A stretch of 64,000 nt of DNA from Vulcanimicrobiota bacterium (GTDB lineage Bacteria > Vulcanimicrobiota > Vulcanimicrobiia > Vulcanimicrobiales > Vulcanimicrobiaceae): assembly GCA_963714015.1 (NCBI GenBank), contig OY970223.1, forward strand, positions 3,168,001 through 3,232,000. The letters are read 5' to 3'. Shown piece by piece: positions 54,201 to 61,199 of this stretch; the stretch's first letter is position 1, and each line of letters begins with the position of its first letter. The position numbers and the translations under genes were made by a program. The notes under the pieces were generated by a model. The model was not told the origin of the DNA. It made no database searches and worked only from the letters and a program-made list of their open reading frames with translations.

Positions 54201-54994
54201 GCTATGCCTCGCTGGAAGATGCGCTTGATTTCCGTAGCGCGGCCGGACTCCACATCGATGGTAACAACAGCGGCGCAGAACTGTTTGGTTCCGGCCTTCT
54301 GTACGCTGAAACGTTCGGAGAAACCGGTCGTAAACCGATCCAGGACCGGGCCCGCCTCCATTCCGATCACCCCGTCGGTCGGACCGGTCATGCCAACGTC
54401 AGTCAAGTATGCAGTGCCTCCAGGCAGAATCTGTTCGTCTGCCGTTTGAACGTGCGTGTGAGTACCGTAGATTACCGAGACGCGCCCGTCAAGGTAGCGG
54501 CCCAAGGCAACTTTCTCGCTGGTGGCCTCCGCGTGAACGTCCAGCACGATGACCTTTGAGCGGCCGGCGAGGTCTTCTAGGGCCTGATCCACTGCCCGGA
54601 ACGGGTCGTCGATGGGCGGCATGAAGGTGCGCCCCATCACGTTCATTACCCCCACGCTGGTGCCGTTTGCGGCAACGACGCCGGTCCCGCGCCCCGGAAC
54701 GCCGGGGGGGTAATTCGCGGGGCGGATAACGCGGTCGGTGGCGTCCAGATACGTCCGGAACTCGCGCTTGTCGAAGATGTGATTTCCGCTGGTGATGAAA
54801 TCGACGCCGGTCCCGAACATCTCCTCGGCGGTCTGGGCGGTCAAACCGAAACCGCCGGCGGCGTTCTCGCCGTTGGCAATGCAGAGATCGACGTTATATT
54901 GATCGCGCGCGAGCGGAACGCAGCGCTTGAGCGTATCCCTGCCCGGCGATCCGATAACGTCGCCGATGAGCAGCAGAGTGATTGAACGTGCTAT
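54197..54994 (-). CDS. ymdB: YmdB/TIGR00282-family metallophosphoesterase (start codon unclear)
   Basis: IGDVIG.PGR, NGENAAGG, TSGNH, RPANYP, DVHAEATSEK, GTHTHVQTAD. Confidence 0.9.
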   Translation of the reverse strand: MARSITLLLIGDVIGSPGRDTLKRCVPLARDQYNVDLCIANGENAAGGFGLTAQTAEEMFGTGVDFITSGNHIFDKREFRTYLDATDRVIRPANYPPGVPGRGTGVVAANGTSVGVMNVMGRTFMPPIDDPFRAVDQALEDLAGRSKVIVLDVHAEATSEKVALGRYLDGRVSVIYGTHTHVQTADEQILPGGTAYLTDVGMTGPTDGVIGMEAGPVLDRFTTGFSERFSVQKAGTKQFCAAVVTIDVESGRATEIKRIFQRGIA

Positions 54995-55539
54995 CGGCGC
55001 GCCGAAGCCTTCGCTTTCTTTTGAGATTTGAGGAAGTAGACCAGAACGCGCTTCTCCTCGCGAAAGCCGACGAGGCTCTTGGATTGTGCCGGGTCGCGCA
55101 ACGCCTCGATTGCCGATTCGACCAGTTCGTCCTGCCACGCCGGGTCTTCGTCGGGCTGATCTTCAGCGACGGGATTGCGCACAAGCGCGCTTCCGAAACG
55201 GTCGGCGAAAAGTTCGACGAGCATCGTCAGCTCGTCTTTGCTGAACGTCTCCAAATCGCGAGTGACGTGTACGAAGCTCATCACCCGATCGGACTCGCAT
55301 TCGACGCGAACTTCCCCACCGTCGCCGCAGAGCGTGAGAAAGCCCTGGACGTGGGATTCGATGTCGTCGATAAGCGCGCGCTGCCTCGCGCGGTCGAGCC
55401 GGCTTTGAACGGCGAACGAAAAACGAAGGGTCCCCTCACCGGGAGCGCTGCGCATGGAAGCGATCTCCGGATAGCGCACGAGCAATGCGCACACCAGACT
55501 CACTGTATCGCTGTTTTCGACAGGCAACCGGGCACTCAT
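54991..55539 (-). CDS. Hypothetical protein upstream of ymdB
   Basis: 182-aa ORF 'VSLVCALLVRYPEI...LVGFREEKRVLVYF', overlapping the ymdB start region. Confidence 0.75.
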   Translation of the reverse strand: MSARLPVENSDTVSLVCALLVRYPEIASMRSAPGEGTLRFSFAVQSRLDRARQRALIDDIESHVQGFLTLCGDGGEVRVECESDRVMSFVHVTRDLETFSKDELTMLVELFADRFGSALVRNPVAEDQPDEDPAWQDELVESAIEALRDPAQSKSLVGFREEKRVLVYFLKSQKKAKASARR

Positions 55540-55575
55540 GACATTCTCTACTTTCGAGGGTGGGCGCCCCTTATT

Positions 55576-55712
55576 AGACGTGGCCTGAAGAGCACCCCTT
55601 GTCTTTCACGACTCCCAACCCCATAGCAAGGCTGCCGGTTCCGGCGGTTGGGTCTAACGGCTCCCACGCCCTCCTTCATTCGGGGAGGTGAGGGGTGGAC
55701 TCGCGCACCTCT
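55576..55712 (-). ncRNA. Structured non-coding RNA candidate (6S-like or cis-leader; family not identified)
   Basis: Intergenic nested helices: AGAGGTG/CACGTCT, CACCCCT/AGGGGTG, CCCAACC/GGTTGGG, GCCGG/CCGGC, GTC-GTGAAA-GAC. Confidence 0.45.
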
Positions 55713-55747
55713 GCTCCTCCGTTCTGGGGGGCTAGGATGATGGCAAT

Positions 55748-56755
55748 ATGCGTCCTTTTCGGCTTCTTGGGGCTCTCGGTGCCCTCGTCGCTCTCTCAGC
55801 CGTCATTGCCTGCGGAGGCGGCGGCGGCACGTCGACACCTCCTGTCGGAGCTCCCTCGTCTAACCCGGGGGGGAGCCCCGGACCGGGCGGAAGCTCCAGT
55901 CCGCCCTCGTCCGGCTCGCCTTCGCCGACCTCCACACCGCGCGATACTCCGGTGCCGACGCGAACACCGATCTCGACGGCGACCCCAAGTCCCGTACCGA
56001 CCAGCACGGCGCCCCCTACACCCTATCCCTCGCCCTCGGGCACGCCCAACCCAACTCTCACCGTGACCACCGGTCATGGCGAAATCAATGGGACGGACGA
56101 TCAATTCACCGGCGGTATCGGTAAGGAAATCGGCGACGGCGACTATCCGGACGGCGGTCAAGGACCGGTCAACACCACATTCGGACCGGACAACGTGCCG
56201 TGTCTGGCGCAGATGTACGACGGACCGGTTCCACCCGGTTACCACGTTCACGCGTTCTTGGGCATCTATTACAACGGCACCGAAATTGCGATGCCGGACG
56301 GCGTCGGCATTGCCGACCCGGAAGGCGACATCACGTATCAGGGCATTCCGAATTGGACGCAGTACTCGTACGATCCCAATAACCCCGGAAAATCCGGCTG
56401 CTTCTATCAAATTCACACGCACGATCCGAGCGGTACGATTCACATTGAATCGTCGAATCCCAACAGCGTTCCGTTGACCGGCACGATATACACGCTGGGA
56501 GACGTGCTCGCGCTGTGGGGTATTCCGATTTCTTCCACGCAGTTTGGACCGTTCAGCGGCCAGATTCAAGTCTTCACCTCCGGCCAAATCCCCCGTTTCA
56601 AGCAAGGGGAGGTCGGATCCAACACGTACACGCTGTACAACGGCGACATGAGAAACATCGCGCTGTACACGCACGAAGTAATCTGGGTTCTGATTGGCAC
56701 GGGCAACCCGACGTACGCAGCGCTTCCCAACGTCGGTTTCTGGGATGAGTACTGA
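55748..56755 (+). CDS. Lipoprotein with Pro/Thr linker and His-motif domain
   Basis: Lipobox VIAC, PT-rich linker, YHVHAFL, CFYQIHTHD..GTIHIE. Confidence 0.75.
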   Translation: MRPFRLLGALGALVALSAVIACGGGGGTSTPPVGAPSSNPGGSPGPGGSSSPPSSGSPSPTSTPRDTPVPTRTPISTATPSPVPTSTAPPTPYPSPSGTPNPTLTVTTGHGEINGTDDQFTGGIGKEIGDGDYPDGGQGPVNTTFGPDNVPCLAQMYDGPVPPGYHVHAFLGIYYNGTEIAMPDGVGIADPEGDITYQGIPNWTQYSYDPNNPGKSGCFYQIHTHDPSGTIHIESSNPNSVPLTGTIYTLGDVLALWGIPISSTQFGPFSGQIQVFTSGQIPRFKQGEVGSNTYTLYNGDMRNIALYTHEVIWVLIGTGNPTYAALPNVGFWDEY

Positions 56756-56776
56756 GCCGGCAGCAATCTGACACTT

Positions 56777-56809
56777 AAAGGTTCGCTCGAAAGAGCGGGC
56801 CTTTTCTTT
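56777..56809 (+). terminator. Intrinsic terminator
   Basis: AAGGTTCGCTC-GAAA-GAGCGGGCCTT-TTCTTT. Confidence 0.75.
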
Positions 56810-56826
56810 AACGAATACTGGAGAGG

Positions 56827-57373
56827 ATGAGACGAGCGCTCCCGCTGTGGATCGCCGCGGTGGTGCCGGCAACATTGGCTGGGCACAGCCTGGCGTATGC
56901 GCTCAACCGCCAGTCCGCTTCGGGCTCGCAGCACATGTGGATGCAACCCACGTGGGAGGCGTCGCTTTCGGTGTTGTCGGCAATCTGCGCTGTCTGCATC
57001 GGCGGCGCGCTGATTCGGGCCGGAATTCTGAGGCACAGCGCCGTGGAAGGGCGTTTCAATCTGCTGTGGCCCCGAATGGCCTTCGCCCAGGTCGTGCTTT
57101 TCGCACTAGCGGAGCATGCAGAAGGTGCGCGAGTCGGGCTATCCGCTCTCGCCGTACAAGTGCTCGTCGCCGCTTTCGCCGCCGCGCTCGTTGCTTTGTT
57201 CGCGCGTCTGCTGCGGCGCTGCATCGATGCGGCCGAAGAAGCGAGCCGGTATCTGGAACGCTTGCTGAAGTTCGGCTCTACCTTTGTGCCGCGCCGCCGC
57301 GTGCGGCCTTCATTCGCTTTGGAGATAAGCGCGGGAACCGCGCGCTTTCAACGACCGCCTCCGTCCGAATCAG
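56827..57373 (+). CDS. Multi-TM leader protein ending RFQRPPP (putative arrest peptide); stop probably obscured by a 1-nt insertion at 57371
   Basis: GGAGAGG SD; about 4 hydrophobic helices with His (GHSLAY, QHMW, AEHAE); basic linker then RPPP; resembles 60611-61120. Confidence 0.6.
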
Positions 57374-57414
57374 CTCGTTTCCGCCTTTTAGTCATCACCC
57401 AAGCTATTCGGAGG
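57361..57414 (+). promoter_or_regulatory. Stem sequestering the SD of the cytochrome-porin gene
   Basis: TCCGAAT(C)AGCT (57364-57375) pairs with AGCTATTCGGA (57402-57412), overlapping the GGAGG SD before GTG 57421. Confidence 0.65.
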
Positions 57415-57420
57415 TTTTCC

Positions 57421-59193
57421 GTGTATCGCATGACGACAATGTTCGCGCGCGTGTTCGCAGGCGCAGCCCTTACCGTGATGCTGTGTACTGCGCGCGCATA
57501 CGCCGTGCCCGTCTTTGCAAACGGTCAGGGAATATCGTGTGAGACCTGCCACACGACCTTTCCCGGCATGACGCGCTACGGAATGATGGTCATGATGACG
57601 AATTTTCAGATATTGAACCGCCATCTCCAGGATCAGGCGCTTCCGATTTCGGCGCGCATATACATTCAGTCGCTTCTGGCAAACAAAGACCACCCGGGCA
57701 ATACCATGGTTTCCGATCTGTCGCTCCTGGGCGGCGGCTTTTTGGGACGCAACTTCACCTGGTACACGGAGCAGCACGTCATCGATTCCGGGGTTATCGG
57801 TCAGACGGAGCAGGTTTGGCTTTCGTGGAACGGCCTGCTGCACGGAACCAATTCGATCCAGGTCGGAAAGTTTCACACGCCGTTCCCATTCATGCCGGCG
57901 CACGCGTGGACGATCAGCCCGTATCTGCTTGCAGCGCAAACGACCGGCCAGAATGATTTCAATCCGAATGACGCGCGGTGGGGCGTTGCGTTCAACGGAA
58001 TGTCCAACGAGTTCATGTACAATCTCTCGTGGCTCACCGGAAGCGGATCGACCGGCGACGCGCTGGACTACAACCAAACGCGCAATCCACGAACAATCGA
58101 CGCAAACGTCTCCTACGGCGGCATGTCCATCCCCTGGAGCGTAGGGCTGGTCGGGATACGCGGCTGGGCGCCGCTAAGCGATACCGCAACCGGAGATTTT
58201 CTGGGCACCGATCCGTTCAGTCGCGAAGGCGTGTACTTCGGCTATCAGACCAACGCATGGCACTATCAAAGCATGTATTACCATGGATTCGACGCCAATC
58301 CGGACGTGGGCCTCGCCGACGTTCCGATGAACGGGTTTTTCTTCGAAGCCGAACGAGATTTGGGGTGGCAAAACCACATTCTGCTGCGCTATGACGTCGC
58401 ATCGAGCGATACGCTGAATCGCCAAATCGTCTTCGATCTCTCGCACAACGTGTTGCCGAACCTCGCGCTGATAGGCGAACTCGCGGGTTATCCCAACGCG
58501 CGTCCGCAGATTGCGTTTCAAATCGCATACGCAGGACCGTACCAATTCGGAAAGCGGTATCTCTCCAATCTGCACGTCGCGCCGGTGGGCGGAGAAGGCA
58601 CTTCAAACAGCGCCTCGGCAACAGCCGCACCCGCCGCAAGTTCAGCGCCCGCGGCGGAGAACTCCGCAGCACCGGGCAATGCGTCCGCCGGGGCCGCCTT
58701 GGTTCAGGCCAACGGCTGCGAAGGCTGCCATGGCGCGGCACTGAAGGGCGGCGGTGTTGGTCCGGCGCTCTACGGCGTCGAGCACAAACTTACGGCGGAT
58801 CAGATCGCGAACGCCATTCGGAACCCGAAAGCGCCGATGCCGAACTTCGGTTTCAGTCAGGCGCAGATCGCCGATCTGGTCGCGTATCTTTCGAATCTCG
58901 ACGGCGGTCAGACCGGACAGCAACCAGTAGTCACGTTCAATCCGGCGAAGCCGACGGATATCGCCACGATCTCAATTCGCTTCCCGGGAACTCCGCCGAA
59001 GTCGGTTCGCGTTCTGCCGATCATGCAGATGGGAAAAAGCACGATGCAGACGCGCGAGATAACGCTTCAGCCGTCATCGGGCGATCCGAACGTATTCACG
59101 GGACAAATCGTCTTTTCGATGGGCGGCCCGTGGACGGTGCACGTCGAGTACGACGGCAACACGATGGACGTTCCGTTGAACGTGGGACAGTGA
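57421..59193 (+). CDS. Cyc2-like cytochrome-porin fusion with an extra cytochrome c and a YtkA/FixH-like C-terminal domain
   Basis: Signal peptide ..ARAYA, 'VPVFANGQGISCETCHTTFPGMTRYG', aromatic beta-strand region, Ala/Pro linker, CEGCH...MPNF, C-terminal 'MQMG...FSMGGPWTVHV'. Confidence 0.65.
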   Translation: MYRMTTMFARVFAGAALTVMLCTARAYAVPVFANGQGISCETCHTTFPGMTRYGMMVMMTNFQILNRHLQDQALPISARIYIQSLLANKDHPGNTMVSDLSLLGGGFLGRNFTWYTEQHVIDSGVIGQTEQVWLSWNGLLHGTNSIQVGKFHTPFPFMPAHAWTISPYLLAAQTTGQNDFNPNDARWGVAFNGMSNEFMYNLSWLTGSGSTGDALDYNQTRNPRTIDANVSYGGMSIPWSVGLVGIRGWAPLSDTATGDFLGTDPFSREGVYFGYQTNAWHYQSMYYHGFDANPDVGLADVPMNGFFFEAERDLGWQNHILLRYDVASSDTLNRQIVFDLSHNVLPNLALIGELAGYPNARPQIAFQIAYAGPYQFGKRYLSNLHVAPVGGEGTSNSASATAAPAASSAPAAENSAAPGNASAGAALVQANGCEGCHGAALKGGGVGPALYGVEHKLTADQIANAIRNPKAPMPNFGFSQAQIADLVAYLSNLDGGQTGQQPVVTFNPAKPTDIATISIRFPGTPPKSVRVLPIMQMGKSTMQTREITLQPSSGDPNVFTGQIVFSMGGPWTVHVEYDGNTMDVPLNVGQ

Positions 59194-60614
59194 TGCGCCG
59201 ATCCGCCTTTTTGCGGATCGGTACGGGGACGATGGTTGCCGCGGCTCTTCCATCGATGTCGCGCCGCGCACTGGCGGCGGACGTTGTCGACTACAAGCTC
59301 ACCGCGTCGCCTCTGGCATTTGCGCCTGCGCCGAACATGCAGTTTCCGGGGCTGGCGTTCAATGGAACGATTCCAGGCCCCCTACTGCGCATCGTGCATG
59401 GTCAGCGCCTGCGGGCGCTCTTCATAAACAACTGCGGACAGCCGGCGACGATCCATTGGCACGGTATGATTCTTCCGAACAATATGGACGGCGTCGAAGG
59501 CGTGACGCAGGCCGCAGTTCCCGATCGGGAGACGTTTCTTTACGAATTCACGCCCGGTCCGCCCGGAACGCGCTGGTATCACGACCACGTCAGCGACGGA
59601 GTCGCCCGGGGGTTGTTCGGGCTGATCGTCGTCGAAGATCCAAAAGACGAGCCGGCCGACGCCGAATTCGCACTGGTCTTTCACGACGTGCCGAGGCTTG
59701 CCACGATTCAAGCGGCCATGATGGGCGTGAGCGCTGCACCAATGGTGGACCCCATCGGATCCCCCGAAATGACGTCGATGCAGCCCAACGACAAGATGGG
59801 CGACGAAGTGGCATACAGCGCGCACTGCATCAACGGGCAGACATATCCGAATACGCAAAAGCTTGCCGTAAAAGTCGGCCAGCGCGTGCGTCTGAGAATA
59901 TTGAACGCAAATCCGACGCAGACGCGCTATGTTCGGCTCGCCGGACATTCACTGACCGTGACGCACTGCGACGGCAACCTGATGGATCAGCCGGTTACGG
60001 TAGACGCGCTGCGCGTCGGAGTTGCAGAACGGTACGACGCGTGGTTTACCGTCACGGAACCGGGTGCGTGGCTGTTGCAAGGACTCTCCAGCGAGCCGCT
60101 CGCCTATCAGCAGGCGGCTGTCGTGCACACTCCGGGAATGGAAAACGCCCCTCCGCTTTCTTCGCCTGAGACACTCGAGGGCGTCCGGTATTTCACGTAC
60201 GAGATCGCCGGGGCCGCGCTCGGTCCGGGCACCGGTGACATGCTAGCGGCACATTCATTCGTTCTGGGCGGCGGCAAGTATGCCAGCAACAAGTGGACCA
60301 TAAACGGAAAGACCTACCCGAACACACCGAAAATTTACGTTCATCGCGGCGACCGGGTCACCGTGCACTTCAAAAACACTACCGATATGGACCATCCCAT
60401 GCATCTGCACGGTCACGTTTTTCGTTTAACCAGCGTAGATGGTAAGAGGCTGACCCGCCCGCTGCCCAAAGACACCTCGCTGGTCCGTTCCAACGGCGGA
60501 ACGGCGGAATGGGAGTTCGTGGCGGATTCACCCAAGGGACGTTGGCTGTTGCATTGCCATAACGAGATTCATATGATGGACGGGATGATGACGGAGGTAG
60601 TCTACCGCTCGTGA
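59193..60614 (+). CDS. Multicopper oxidase with Tat signal
   Basis: MRRSAFL Tat motif, IHWHG, WYHDH, HPMHLHGH, HCHNEIHMMDGM. Confidence 0.93.
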   Translation: MRRSAFLRIGTGTMVAAALPSMSRRALAADVVDYKLTASPLAFAPAPNMQFPGLAFNGTIPGPLLRIVHGQRLRALFINNCGQPATIHWHGMILPNNMDGVEGVTQAAVPDRETFLYEFTPGPPGTRWYHDHVSDGVARGLFGLIVVEDPKDEPADAEFALVFHDVPRLATIQAAMMGVSAAPMVDPIGSPEMTSMQPNDKMGDEVAYSAHCINGQTYPNTQKLAVKVGQRVRLRILNANPTQTRYVRLAGHSLTVTHCDGNLMDQPVTVDALRVGVAERYDAWFTVTEPGAWLLQGLSSEPLAYQQAAVVHTPGMENAPPLSSPETLEGVRYFTYEIAGAALGPGTGDMLAAHSFVLGGGKYASNKWTINGKTYPNTPKIYVHRGDRVTVHFKNTTDMDHPMHLHGHVFRLTSVDGKRLTRPLPKDTSLVRSNGGTAEWEFVADSPKGRWLLHCHNEIHMMDGMMTEVVYRS

Positions 60615-61120
60615 GGAGCCGCCTCGGCCGGAAAATCTGGACCGCAGCGCTGCTGGGATTGCCCGCAGCGTTGTTTGCGCACGTCATCGTATTCGGCGGC
60701 GAGCATACGCTCGGCGGCTCCGCACATTCGTGGCTGCTCGAGTTCGGCGGGGTCTTCGCATTCCTCGGCACGCTCGTTGCGGCGATCGGCGCCGTGCGAC
60801 GGTCGACGGCAGTCGTCCCGAAATTCGCGCCGATTCTCACAGGCGCCGCAGGCTGGTTCGGCATTATCGAGCTCTGCGAGAGCGCGCACGGTATCCCCAT
60901 TGCGGCGGTCATCGCTGCTCTCGTCTTCGCCGCGTGGATCGTCCGCGCCGTGCTTTCGGCATTCGCGCACACCGTCGCCGCTATCGCGGCAATTCTTCAA
61001 CTATACCTTAGAGCCGCCAAGCCTCCGGCACCGGCTCTAATAAAACGGGCCGTGCCGCGCGCGCATTCATGCGTGCACCGGCTGCGCTTGTTCTCTCGGC
61101 CGCCGCCTCTCTTCGCTTAA
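60611..61120 (+). CDS. Multi-TM His-containing leader protein ending LFSRPPPLFA (putative arrest peptide)
   Basis: GTGA overlap with the MCO stop; about 4 TM helices with FAHV, GEH, SAH, SAHG; basic linker then RPPP three residues before the stop. Confidence 0.7.
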   Translation: MRSRLGRKIWTAALLGLPAALFAHVIVFGGEHTLGGSAHSWLLEFGGVFAFLGTLVAAIGAVRRSTAVVPKFAPILTGAAGWFGIIELCESAHGIPIAAVIAALVFAAWIVRAVLSAFAHTVAAIAAILQLYLRAAKPPAPALIKRAVPRAHSCVHRLRLFSRPPPLFA

Positions 61121-61192
61121 ACGCCGCGTCCACTGGGACGCCCGCGCGCAAGCTCTTGCGCGTTTCTTTCACATACAACTGCGTTTAAGGAA
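61112..61192 (+). promoter_or_regulatory. Multi-branched structure sequestering the TBDR SD
   Basis: CTTAAACGC (61116-61124) is the exact reverse complement of GCGTTTAAG (61181-61189, overlapping the AAGGA SD); inner hairpins GCGTCC/GGACGC and CGCGCAA/TTGCGCG plus TTTCTTTC. Confidence 0.65.
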
Positions 61193-61199
61193 AAATTTC

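Noticed and set aside
56827..59193. Single 788-aa membrane-cytochrome fusion ORF
   Set aside because: There is an internal SD, GTG and signal peptide at 57421, the similar leader at 60611 is a separate gene, and removing one base restores a stop after RPPPSE.
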